DNA of 63,991 nt, counting the filler. It is 8 parts of 8 records of this genome, joined end to end, with 100 filler letters (N's around TTAATTAATTAA, not from the genome) between each part and the next. Parts side by side here need not be neighbours in the genome. Positions count along the whole stretch, not along the records: positions 15,183 to 24,066 come from SRR31156797_10733; positions 24,167 to 31,959 come from SRR31156797_10737; 6 more parts are not named here. One strand, given 5' to 3'. The position numbers were made by a program, and so were the translations under genes. Within the stretch, counting starts at the first letter, position 1; each line of letters opens with the position of its first letter. This document shows positions 18,239 to 27,786 of this stretch, one piece after another. The notes beneath the pieces were generated by a model, which made no database searches, was not told the DNA's origin, and saw nothing but the letters and a program-made list of their open reading frames with translations.

Positions 18239-18968
18239 AAAACATAATTATATAACCAATAAATAAACTCATTAAAGTTTTAACTGTACCTACTTCATAA
18301 TTATTCAATATCAAATACGGAATATATGAAGTAAATGCAAATGGCAGTAGATACAATAAAAGGCCCTGAATTCCCATACTAAATACATCTAAAGGATATC
18401 TGGAATATTCACTGGTACTATAACAAAGTTCCAACACGAAGAAGCTGTTTTTTATCCAAAACGCAAGTGATGCAAATATTATTTTTATTCCCATATAGAT
18501 GAATATCCCGTTAAATATCGTAAAGATAAATAGTAGTATAGAAGATGCCGTTAGATTCTGAATATCAACGTTGTAAATCATTAATACAAAACCTAAAATC
18601 AGCTCAGAAAAACCATTAAAATCAAACCTTTCTATTATTACATGAAATAGTGGCTCAATCGGTCTTACGAGAGCCCTATCAAATATTCCCCGTCTGACTC
18701 CGTTTCCTGAAAATACCCATAAATAATCAGAAACTATATGATCTATACCTCTTGGAATAAGGAAAATTCCGTAAAGCAAAAGTAAATTTCTCTTTGTAAA
18801 ACCATGTATATCAGGTACTTTGTCATAAATCATTTCAATTAGAGCTATATTTATCCCTTGTAGTAAAATAAAGGTAAAAACGCCAATTAACAGATTCACA
18901 CGAGACTGCTTAAGTATTTTGAAATTTTGTATAACAAATGCTCTGTATATTCTAAGTAATCTTTTCAT
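18183..18968 (-). CDS. ABC-2 type permease (DUF990-like)
   Basis: About six TM segments; GIFDRALVRP and RYPLDVF motifs. Confidence 0.85.
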   Translation of the reverse strand: MKRLLRIYRAFVIQNFKILKQSRVNLLIGVFTFILLQGINIALIEMIYDKVPDIHGFTKRNLLLLYGIFLIPRGIDHIVSDYLWVFSGNGVRRGIFDRALVRPIEPLFHVIIERFDFNGFSELILGFVLMIYNVDIQNLTASSILLFIFTIFNGIFIYMGIKIIFASLAFWIKNSFFVLELCYSTSEYSRYPLDVFSMGIQGLLLYLLPFAFTSYIPYLILNNYEVGTVKTLMSLFIGYIIMFFAYKIWKAGERVYESTGS

Positions 18969-19757
18969 TTAACCTCCTAATATCTGAAGTTTCTTAATCG
19001 CATTATTGTATAAAATTTTCATTGAGATATAGAAAAATAGTGCCCATATTCCCTGTATAGCTAGCGTCTTATACACCTCAACCTGTTCAAGCTTATTCAT
19101 AATTATCAAAGTAGGATAATAATTCATATATGCAAATGGTGAGTAAGTGAATAAGGCTCTTATTTTCTCCGGAAAAAATGATAATGGAATCAAAGCACCT
19201 GATAAAAATGATATAAGAGCATTTTTTATCATCCTAACTCCCCATACATAAGTAATATAAAAAGCGATTAATGCAATGATCATATTGAATGAAAATACAA
19301 TAAAATAACTGGTAACCAAACTTATCGAAAAATATATTACGTTTACTGAATTTAGAAATGCATAATCTCGGCTAATTCCCAAGTAAGCTAAGAATATGAT
19401 TATTCCTACAACGAAATTTGTAAAGATATTCCCCAAATCATAAAAGAAATGCCTTTTGATATATGAGTATGGTTTGATAAGCTCAGAACTAATAAAGCCC
19501 TCCAATATCTCATATGGCACTGTAAAATCTACTGCTGAACTCAAAAAAAATGTAACTACACTTGTGAGAATGATGTATTTGTACATCTCAGCAGCAGCAA
19601 AACCGCCTAGTGTAGCTGATGGTGCAGATGAAAATATCGCTTTCCACAGATACACAGAAGCTATCATTCTGATAAAAGTTCCCATAATCCCAAAAAAACT
19701 ATTAATCTTATACGCCCATCTGAATTTAATAGCCTGTTTAAAAAATATAAAGTACAT
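18969..19757 (-). CDS. ABC-2 type permease (DUF990-like)
   Basis: ELIKP and FLSGALIPLSFFP motifs; start placed at ATG 19757 after a GGAGG SD (ORF track start 19856). Confidence 0.85.
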   Translation of the reverse strand: MYFIFFKQAIKFRWAYKINSFFGIMGTFIRMIASVYLWKAIFSSAPSATLGGFAAAEMYKYIILTSVVTFFLSSAVDFTVPYEILEGFISSELIKPYSYIKRHFFYDLGNIFTNFVVGIIIFLAYLGISRDYAFLNSVNVIYFSISLVTSYFIVFSFNMIIALIAFYITYVWGVRMIKNALISFLSGALIPLSFFPEKIRALFTYSPFAYMNYYPTLIIMNKLEQVEVYKTLAIQGIWALFFYISMKILYNNAIKKLQILGG

Positions 19758-19841
19758 GTCCCCTCCCTTAGATGTTTTTCTATTTGTTTCTTTGAATCGT
19801 CCTAAAAATACTCTAATCGAATTATTTTCGAAAGCATTCAT

Positions 19842-19891
19842 TGGAAACGAATCCACGAATTAAGTATACTCTACTTAGCTATATTTTTCAA
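19842..19891 (-). promoter_or_regulatory. Sigma70 promoter of the ABC-S41 operon with a LacI-like operator at the start site
   Basis: TTGAAA-17-TATACT (19891-19863); imperfect palindrome TGGAAACGAATCCA (19842-19855). Confidence 0.55.
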
Positions 19892-20046
19892 TATAATAGT
19901 TACTTTTGAAATTTAATTTAGTAAAAAATACAAATATCCACTAAATTACAAAGCAACAAAAATGAATCGGTTCCGATAAAAGATATAATATTTTTGAACA
20001 AATAAAAAGAGCAGCTTCTATTAATAAAAAGCTACTCTTCTTAAAA

Positions 20047-21126
20047 TTAATATTCCATATTTTCTATAAGACTGTCCAAAGTAAAATCATATTTTTTTAA
20101 CTTAGGATTTAATACTTTAGAGAATTTTTTGAAATTAACCTTATTCCAATCATTATCTCCGAATTTATCCAAAAATACTTCTATATTATCTTTAGATAAT
20201 ACTTCTACATTTGTTTCTATTCTAACTCCTAATTCATCAGCAAAATCAACACCATTTAAATAATCATATAGTAAAACACTTGCAAATCCGGCATGGTAAA
20301 ATAATGCTCCCACACTACAAACCATTTCACCTGATTTTACTTTTTCCAGTGCGTCCGGTATCCAATCTATCCCTCCGGTATATAGGTCTTTCCCCGGTGT
20401 TCTTCCGTGTTTTTTAACCCCCTCTAAGACACCAAGTGCAATATCATCATTTGCACACCAAACTACATTAGTCTCTGGATATCTATGCAAAACATTTTCA
20501 ATTTTTTGCTTTCCTTCTTTGAATGACCAGTTTTGTGTGTTCAGTACTTGTAGTAATTTAACATTATGTTCTCTTGCAGCTCTTTTCATCCCAGCTTCTC
20601 TTATATTCGCTAAAATATCCGCTTGATGCCCGGATATTCCTATTAACTTAATTTCTTTGATTCCATTTTTTTTAGCTTCTATAAAAAGTCTTTTGGCTAA
20701 TTCATACCCTACTTTTTCTTCATCAATATAAATTTCACCTATCCAATATTTATGCTTTTCTCTAGGTAAACCGGATATTTTCTGATCACCACCATTTACA
20801 TGAGTGATAATAGGAACCCTGTTAGCATCTGCATAATTAAAGAATATTTCACCTTGTTTCTTAAAATTAACAACCAATGCTGCATTTACTTTTTTATTTT
20901 TCATTAAATCTTCTAAATCATCTCTTGCTTTGAAATGGTTATTCTCTGCATACTCCCATATCGTTTCAATTTCTAAATCATTTTGAACCGCCTCCTGAAA
21001 ATTTCTAACAGATTTCCAGAAACCATGCTCTTCTCCTAAACTTGCAATTGATCCTAGTTTCAAAGTGTTTGCGTAAATCAAACTACCAATTAATAAAAAC
21101 ATCATCCCCAAATTAATTTTTTTCAT
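20047..21126 (-). CDS. Periplasmic binding protein type I (sugar-binding-like)
   Basis: Signal peptide; VVWCANDDIALG and GGIDW motifs. Confidence 0.85.
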   Translation of the reverse strand: MKKINLGMMFLLIGSLIYANTLKLGSIASLGEEHGFWKSVRNFQEAVQNDLEIETIWEYAENNHFKARDDLEDLMKNKKVNAALVVNFKKQGEIFFNYADANRVPIITHVNGGDQKISGLPREKHKYWIGEIYIDEEKVGYELAKRLFIEAKKNGIKEIKLIGISGHQADILANIREAGMKRAAREHNVKLLQVLNTQNWSFKEGKQKIENVLHRYPETNVVWCANDDIALGVLEGVKKHGRTPGKDLYTGGIDWIPDALEKVKSGEMVCSVGALFYHAGFASVLLYDYLNGVDFADELGVRIETNVEVLSKDNIEVFLDKFGDNDWNKVNFKKFSKVLNPKLKKYDFTLDSLIENMEY

Positions 21127-21315
21127 AATATCATCTCCTTATCTTATTCCAAAACTCACTCCAACATTCTTCCAATACTTTTGGTACAGAAAGTATAAAA
21201 CCAGATGCATACGTTAATATTTTAGTCCTTAAAAAAATCAAATTCTTGTATATAATTGATTTCAAATGTATAATATTGATATAAAATACAACTGTCATCG
21301 AAAGGAGATGCGTCT

Positions 21316-22218
21316 ATGAAAACTAATTTAGTTTTTTTGAATGCCAATGATAAAAGCAGATCAAGTTGCGCTGATCACTTTGATATTGAAATTTCTAACG
21401 AAGCTCTAAACTGGAAGGGAATATTGCTGGAAAAAGGACGTTCTGAATATTTTCGTACTGAAAATGTTATGACGAGAGATTTTTTCTTTGCAATGGAATT
21501 AGAGGAAAGTTTTTCTTGGAATGCTTCGAAAGAAAATAATTCTCAAAGTGTTTTTACTGCTCCGGGTAATATCTGGATCACCTCTCCTATGAATCCTTTC
21601 TCTCACAACAACGAGCATAAAGCCGGATTTTTAGTCCTTACAATTGAAGAAAAAATTTTATTTGATAATTATGAAGGCTTTCTTCCAAAAGAACAATTAA
21701 CATTTTTAGAAAATTACAATATTCAAGATGAAGTCATTTCTAATCTTATGAAACTACTTTTATTAGAAGTTCAAGTAAATGGAAATAATGGAGAACAATA
21801 TCTAAATCATTTAATGAAAGTTTTTTCTAATTATTTTATAAATAATTACTCTAATTTGGACAGTATTAAGCAAAATAAAAGTTCCGTCTCTTCGTTTTCA
21901 GAGAAAAAATTAGAAATAGTAAATGGATATATTAAAAAAAATCTTGATACAACTATTTTTATAGAAGAGCTTGCCTCTCTTTTTGAGATGAATAAATTTT
22001 CATTCTTAAATGAATTTAAAAGATTTACAGGTATAACTCCATATCAGCATATTTTAACTATTAAAATGGAAAGTGCAAAAAAACTATTAACATCTACTAA
22101 GCTTAATCTACTTGAAATCGCAATAAAACTAGGTTTTTCTGATAATAGTCATTTTACCAAAACATTTAAAAAATACTATCATCAGACACCATATCAATTT
22201 AGAATCTCGCATGAATAA
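21316..22218 (+). CDS. AraC family transcriptional regulator
   Basis: C-terminal double HTH: FKRFTGITPYQ...IAIKLGFSDNSHFTKTFKK. Confidence 0.92.
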   Translation: MKTNLVFLNANDKSRSSCADHFDIEISNEALNWKGILLEKGRSEYFRTENVMTRDFFFAMELEESFSWNASKENNSQSVFTAPGNIWITSPMNPFSHNNEHKAGFLVLTIEEKILFDNYEGFLPKEQLTFLENYNIQDEVISNLMKLLLLEVQVNGNNGEQYLNHLMKVFSNYFINNYSNLDSIKQNKSSVSSFSEKKLEIVNGYIKKNLDTTIFIEELASLFEMNKFSFLNEFKRFTGITPYQHILTIKMESAKKLLTSTKLNLLEIAIKLGFSDNSHFTKTFKKYYHQTPYQFRISHE

Positions 22219-22220
22219 TA

Positions 22221-22256
22221 AAATGCTAACTTAAAGTAAATTTTAAGTTAGCATTT
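22221..22256. terminator. Bidirectional terminator
   Basis: AAATGCTAACTTAAA...TTTAAGTTAGCATTT inverted repeat between convergent genes. Confidence 0.65.
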
Positions 22257-22300
22257 AGTCTCAATATTTCCCCTACTCTATTTCACTTATTTATTCACAA

Positions 22301-24001
22301 TTACTTCTTCTCTTCTAACCACAAATACTCGTATGGTTTTAACTCAATTTCAACTTTAGTATTTTCAACTAAGTACTCTTTACCACTTAATAAACATATT
22401 AAGCTATTATCTGAATCTACAGAGATTTTCTTAGCTTCACTACTGATATTATTAATAATTAATACTTTTTCATCTTTATAACTTCTCTCTACTGCAAATA
22501 TATTTTTATCAACATCAAGAGTTTTCTGATCACCTAATGGATTAAATGCTTTTTTCTCTTTTCTGACTTTCAGCAGTTCCACTATACTATAAAATACTTT
22601 TGCTCTTCTGCTGTTTTTATCCTCTAACTCATCTATAATTTTACTATAATCAAGTTTTTCTCTGTTAATTGATCTGTTTCTACCTGTTGCTTTTAGGCCC
22701 TCAAAATCATTAAGCGAACCAAGAAGAGAGTGGATATAGATAGCCGGAACTCCTCTCATTGCTAATAATATCACCTGTGCCGAGATAAATTTCTTAACTC
22801 TTATTTCTGTTTCTTCATCAGGATGTGATAATGATTCCAAATAGTTGATATTCATCTCATATGGCGATTGACTTCCATCACTATTAGTTTTATATGATAC
22901 TTTACCGCCGTAACTTTTTACTCTATCGATCATTCCGTCGATCTCCTCTTTCGTCAGAAGACCTGTAGCAGGTACAACTCCAATACCGTCATGAGATGAC
23001 AGGAAATTAAAAAAAGTTGTTTCATCAGAAATTTTTTCAAGCGATGCAGCCCATTTAGTCAATGCAATTGCATCACCTGTTTGGAGTGTATGAACAGTTA
23101 ATGGAGGCAGTGAAAATTGATAAACCATTCTAACTTCATCATGACCATTACCAAAGTAAGATATATTATCTTTATGCGGTACGTTCGTTTCAGATATTAG
23201 AATAGTATCAGGAGCGGCTATGTCAAACATATCTCTCCAAAGTTTAATAATTTCATGTGCCTTTGGATGATGAATGCAGGATGTCCCAAGCTCTTTCCAC
23301 ATATAACCAATAGCGTCTAACCTAATAGAAACTGAGCCTTGCTCTACATAAAACAGTAGAAGTTCTATAATTTTCATAAATACATCTTCGTTTTCCATGT
23401 TAATATCTATCTGATCTGTACTAAAAGTAGTCCAGATATTTTTTTTACCGTTTACAGTATCAAATTCTGTCAATACAGGGTGAGTTCTGGGTCTGGTAAT
23501 ATTCTTAATATCATCACACCATTCTTTCTCAATAAAGAAGCCTTGATATTTCTCATCACCTGCTAAGTATCCTTTGAACCAATCAGAACTTGCAGAGATA
23601 TGATTAACTACAGCATCATACATCATTTTGAAGTTCTTTGATAACTCCTTTACATCGTTCCAATCGCCTAAATTTTCATCTATTTCCCAGTAATCAACAA
23701 CTGAAAATCCATCATCACTTGTCCAAGGATAAAAAGGCAGAATATGAATATTATTAATATTCTCACCCAAATACTTTTTAGCAAATTTATTAAGTGTCTG
23801 TAGAGGTGCTACCCCCTCCTCTTTAAGCGAATCACCATAAGTGATCAAGTAAGCGTCTTTTTCGCTTATCCACTGTTCTGATTTCTCGAAGCTGTTTCTT
23901 TCTTTAAACTCTGCTATTACTTTTTCTATTCTTTCAGCTAATCTTTTAATTTTAGCTTCGTCTTCGAATATGAATCTTAATCTATCTATTATTTTTTTCA
24001 T
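22301..24001 (-). CDS. GH13_18 sugar phosphorylase, probably glucosylglycerate phosphorylase (YcjM-like)
   Basis: LITYGD, RLDAIG (nucleophile), ETNV (acid/base), SHDGIG and YEMN motifs. Confidence 0.85.
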   Translation of the reverse strand: MKKIIDRLRFIFEDEAKIKRLAERIEKVIAEFKERNSFEKSEQWISEKDAYLITYGDSLKEEGVAPLQTLNKFAKKYLGENINNIHILPFYPWTSDDGFSVVDYWEIDENLGDWNDVKELSKNFKMMYDAVVNHISASSDWFKGYLAGDEKYQGFFIEKEWCDDIKNITRPRTHPVLTEFDTVNGKKNIWTTFSTDQIDINMENEDVFMKIIELLLFYVEQGSVSIRLDAIGYMWKELGTSCIHHPKAHEIIKLWRDMFDIAAPDTILISETNVPHKDNISYFGNGHDEVRMVYQFSLPPLTVHTLQTGDAIALTKWAASLEKISDETTFFNFLSSHDGIGVVPATGLLTKEEIDGMIDRVKSYGGKVSYKTNSDGSQSPYEMNINYLESLSHPDEETEIRVKKFISAQVILLAMRGVPAIYIHSLLGSLNDFEGLKATGRNRSINREKLDYSKIIDELEDKNSRRAKVFYSIVELLKVRKEKKAFNPLGDQKTLDVDKNIFAVERSYKDEKVLIINNISSEAKKISVDSDNSLICLLSGKEYLVENTKVEIELKPYEYLWLEEKK

Positions 24002-24066
24002 TGTTTCTCCTTATATATTTTTTAATTTAAAAATGATTCAATTTGACTTTGTTCTAAAAAATATTC

Positions 24067-24166
24067 NNNNNNNNNNNNNNNNNNNNNNNNNNNNNNNNNN
24101 NNNNNNNNNNTTAATTAATTAANNNNNNNNNNNNNNNNNNNNNNNNNNNNNNNNNNNNNNNNNNNN
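24067..24166. other. Artificial contig linker
   Basis: N/TTAATTAATTAA/N spacer; base composition shifts across it. Confidence 0.98.
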
Positions 24167-24517
24167 CCGTTTGATGCACCGTAGCTTGCTGCGGGGGCTT
24201 CATTAAATATATTTGGATTATTAAGAATGATTTCATAAAAAACAATGTGTCCAAGATTTTAAAACTTCTAAAATATCTATCGGTTTTCCTTTCTGGTAGA
24301 ACCATACTGTCTTGGCACGCACTTCAAGTAGAATTTTTTCCTGTCGTTTTAACGTTAGGCTTTCATTATTACAAATTGACTTCCCGAAGCCCCCGTCATT
24401 TGTTCTGTCGTAAGGAGCGCGTCGTCCGGATCGGCGGCGCGGCCGAAGATTTATTACAAATCTAAAACATTGAAGAGTTAAAAAAATAAGATGCGGGATA
24501 AATTCTATTGGCGAGGA

Positions 24518-24817
24518 TTACTTGGGCAAGCCGGGAAAACCGAAGCGTCCCCCATGGAGATGTAAAAGTCCAATAACAACAACTATTATAATAAGGCCCA
24601 GGGCGATTAATCCTATAAAATTTTTGCTTTTTGTGCGATCTTCATGCTTGCTGTGCAGGCATTCTGGCCCATAATCGCAACAGCTTCGCCGGTCACAGGC
24701 TTGCCGCCGATCGATAAATTCCTCGTACTTGGGATTCCGAAATCGAGGGTCCAGCCTTTTCCGTCGATCCCGTTTCCTTCGATCGAATATTAATAATCTC
24801 TTTGCTTTTTTTTCCAT
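24518..24817 (-). CDS. Small membrane protein with repeated DRR motifs
   Basis: DRRKRDRR...DRRQACDRR, then a single C-terminal TM helix. Confidence 0.6.
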   Translation of the reverse strand: MEKKAKRLLIFDRRKRDRRKRLDPRFRNPKYEEFIDRRQACDRRSCCDYGPECLHSKHEDRTKSKNFIGLIALGLIIIVVVIGLLHLHGGRFGFPGLPK

Positions 24818-24901
24818 AACGACTAACTACATAACCGCGTAGGATTATATGACAAAAATAATTAGCCTGTCTATGGAAAAATGTACGCAATAATGGCGCC
24901 G

Positions 24902-25999
24902 TCAGTAATCAATCTCGCTTTTTTCTTTATCGGCTTTGCCCTTGGCTTCGGGTCCTACAACGGCATGCCTGTATATATATACTGAAACCGGGACGCCCAA
25001 AAGCACGCCCCACATACCCAAAAGACGGTGTCCGATATACAGGATTATCAGTGTAAGGACTGGATTTATCTTGAAAACAGCAGAAAAAATCCTCGGATTC
25101 AAAATATATGCCTCAACAGCATGAACGATAATAATCATGGCCACGGCGCCAAGGGCCAACTTGAAACCGCCGCTGTTAAAGGCCAGTAATAATATCGGGA
25201 CAGATGAAATAAAAACGCCCAAAACCGGAATCAAACCGGCCAGAAAAACTATGGTGCACAATAATGCTATCGGATGAATGCCCAGCCCCCAAAGACCTAG
25301 TGCTGTAAGAACCGTATTCACGCAAGCAATCATTATCTGGGCCTGAAAAGCTTCTCCAACCACAACCGCGAACTTTACGACGCTGTCAGCGGTCTCCTCG
25401 TATACTTCCCTTAAACGGGTTTCCCTGAGTGCTTGAGCGCGGGCTTTTAAATTCGGAAAATCCAGCAGAATAAAAAAACTGAACAATGTACCCAATAAAA
25501 AATAGGAAAAATAGTGAGTGACCTTGTTAAAGGACGTAACAACTATGGTCACCAGCGTCTGCCGGTCCATGCCCACCAGGCTTTGTAACGACAGGTTTTC
25601 CTTCAACCTTTCCACAACCGGGGCCAGGTGAGGCTGCCTGGTTGAGAGATGATCGAGGTACGTATGTATTTTTTCCAGGGTTTCAGGTATTTGCCACAAG
25701 AAAGTTGTTGATTCCGTCCCCAGTTTCGGTCCGATGACGGAAAGGATTACGGTAACTACTGTTATGAACACCAAGTACAAGACAACAGTCCATACCCGTC
25801 TCGGCAGCCTGGTGCGGGAAGACAATCTTTCTATTATATTATTGAAGATGAAGCAGAGAATGAAGGTCAGGAACACCAGGCCGAAAAGCCCCCTGAGCAG
25901 GTACAACAAGCCGAAAAAAACCGTCCAGATTATTACGGTTTTATTAGTGCGAATAAAGTTTTGTACATCAAATGACATATAGCGCCAGACCCGATTCAC
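24902..25999 (-). CDS. AI-2E family transporter
   Basis: Multiple TM segments; GLIPVLG, EAYILNPRI and GMWGVLLGVP motifs. Confidence 0.88.
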   Translation of the reverse strand: MNRVWRYMSFDVQNFIRTNKTVIIWTVFFGLLYLLRGLFGLVFLTFILCFIFNNIIERLSSRTRLPRRVWTVVLYLVFITVVTVILSVIGPKLGTESTTFLWQIPETLEKIHTYLDHLSTRQPHLAPVVERLKENLSLQSLVGMDRQTLVTIVVTSFNKVTHYFSYFLLGTLFSFFILLDFPNLKARAQALRETRLREVYEETADSVVKFAVVVGEAFQAQIMIACVNTVLTALGLWGLGIHPIALLCTIVFLAGLIPVLGVFISSVPILLLAFNSGGFKLALGAVAMIIIVHAVEAYILNPRIFSAVFKINPVLTLIILYIGHRLLGMWGVLLGVPVSVYIYRHAVVGPEAKGKADKEKSEIDY

Positions 26000-26157
26000 A
26001 GATAGGCCCGGTTGTCATTCCGGGCTGTTTTCCATTTTAATTTGTATATGGGAACCCTCCGCGGCCGTCCGCGGAGAGCATTTAAATTTTCGGAATATAA
26101 AGAAACCAAACCGTCGACCCGCCCCCTGCCCTGGGGGATGCATGACCTCAATATTTA

Positions 26158-27234
26158 TCAGTTTTTTGTCGCCAAGGCCGGGTCTATCTTCCCTTCGGGA
26201 TCGACCACGTTTGTTTTGGGAAAATCCTCTTTACCCAGTTTGTGAATCAGCTTGGCCGCCCGGTTCTTGGAATCGTATTGGGGCGCCTGGCCAAAGGGCT
26301 GGATGAAGCTTACTACCTGGCCGCCGATCAGTTTGCCCTCGGAATCAACTTCCGCCAATAACAGCGGGGCGTACCCGGATATTCCCTTAACGCTGATTCC
26401 CTTGCCCGTGCAGAAGTTGCCTATAGAATAGGCTATCAGTCTTCCCTTGTATAATTCCATGGCCCTGGGGACGTGAGGTCCGTGCCCGATGACCATATCC
26501 GCGCCGGAATCCACGACCGCCCTTGAAAATTTGTAGACGTCGCCGCGTTTTTCCCCTAAAAAAGTCTCCATTTTTTTGGGCACTTTAGTAGCCTTGCGCC
26601 CTTCCGCGCCGCCATGAAACGAGACAATGACAATATCATATTTTTTACTTAAACGGCTTACGATTTTTTTAGCCGTCGGAATGTCGTTAAGCTTGTGGCT
26701 TCCGCTGCCTGAATAAAAAGCAACCATGGCCGCCTTTGTTCCTCGAATGTCCAATGCCGCCACTGTGCCTGGAGGTCCGGAATAGGCCATGCCGTTTTCC
26801 TTCAAGGTGGCGATGGTCATGGCCCGACCTTCCGCGCCATAATCGTTTATATGGTTGTTGGCGATTGAAACCATGTTAAAGCCTGCTTCCTTCATCCAGC
26901 GGGCGTAAGAAGGAGGCGTCTTGAAGCTGTAGCTTCGTCCGGATTTGGATACTTTCCTGTTTTTTCCCTTTGTGGTCAGGGTTCCCTCATGGTTCCCGAA
27001 TATGATGTCGGCGTCTTTCAAATACTTCTTGCAGGCGACAAAAGAACTCTTTCCTCCATCAGCCGGCAACAGGTTTTCCGTGCCCATCATAATATCGCCC
27101 ATGGCTGCAATTTTGATGACCTCGCCGGTTTTGGATTCATCATCGGCATTAGCTGAACCGGAAGGTAAAAAGCATATGACTGAAAGAATTCCCAATGTTA
27201 CATATAAATGTTTTAATAAATTGAAATATTTCAT
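26158..27234 (-). CDS. CapA family (PGA_cap) metallophosphoesterase
   Basis: GDIM, GNHEG, ANNHINDYG, SFHGG, GHGPHV and YSIGNF motifs; signal peptide. Confidence 0.9.
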   Translation of the reverse strand: MKYFNLLKHLYVTLGILSVICFLPSGSANADDESKTGEVIKIAAMGDIMMGTENLLPADGGKSSFVACKKYLKDADIIFGNHEGTLTTKGKNRKVSKSGRSYSFKTPPSYARWMKEAGFNMVSIANNHINDYGAEGRAMTIATLKENGMAYSGPPGTVAALDIRGTKAAMVAFYSGSGSHKLNDIPTAKKIVSRLSKKYDIVIVSFHGGAEGRKATKVPKKMETFLGEKRGDVYKFSRAVVDSGADMVIGHGPHVPRAMELYKGRLIAYSIGNFCTGKGISVKGISGYAPLLLAEVDSEGKLIGGQVVSFIQPFGQAPQYDSKNRAAKLIHKLGKEDFPKTNVVDPEGKIDPALATKN

Positions 27235-27337
27235 GATGTTCCTTTTTGGAGTCCGACGGATGCGTTAAAAAATGTAGTATTATTTTGCCGGAAAAGTAAT
27301 TTCTTTTTCAAGTGTAAAACAAAAAACTCCTGTTTAA

Positions 27338-27556
27338 TCAACTTGCCTCGCCCCGTATTTCCTTTTCGCGCTCGTAACGTTTGGGGTGTTTTCGGCATAA
27401 TTCCCAGATCACGCATTGCGGCCTGAATTTGCAATAAGAACAGGGATCGGTGCAGGCCTCGCAATCGTCAAGGCAATCCCGGCAATAGGAAATATCCATT
27501 TTCATGCATTTAATAACAGCCGGAACTTCCGGATGCTTCACGCAATAGTCGCCCAC
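27338..27556 (-). CDS. Small cysteine-rich metal-binding protein
   Basis: GTG start after an AAGGAG SD; 72 aa with 10 Cys (CxxH, CxxC, CxxC, CxxC). Confidence 0.65.
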   Translation of the reverse strand: MGDYCVKHPEVPAVIKCMKMDISYCRDCLDDCEACTDPCSYCKFRPQCVIWELCRKHPKRYEREKEIRGEAS

Positions 27557-27786
27557 GTTGTCATGCTCCTTTCGAAAAAACGCATATTTACCAGGGCTCC
27601 GCTTATAACTATCATCACTCCCCCGGCGGGTCAAACTCTATTATATCAGCTTACGCCGCACGGCGCCGTCCATTACGCCGCTCATCAGATTCACGGCGCC
27701 GGTATCTTTTCTATCTGATATTGCATCGTCGCGGCTTGATTTTCATGTCGCATTCTTTGCCCTGAAAGTGTTATCCTTATTTCATT

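Noticed and set aside
24111-24465. Short ORFs at or across the linker
   Set aside because: One includes Ns and the linker stop; the other has no SD or motif support.
27645-27702. Short repeats TTACGCCGC and CACGGCGCCG (two copies each)
   Set aside because: Too short and irregular to support a call; possibly a local micro-duplication.
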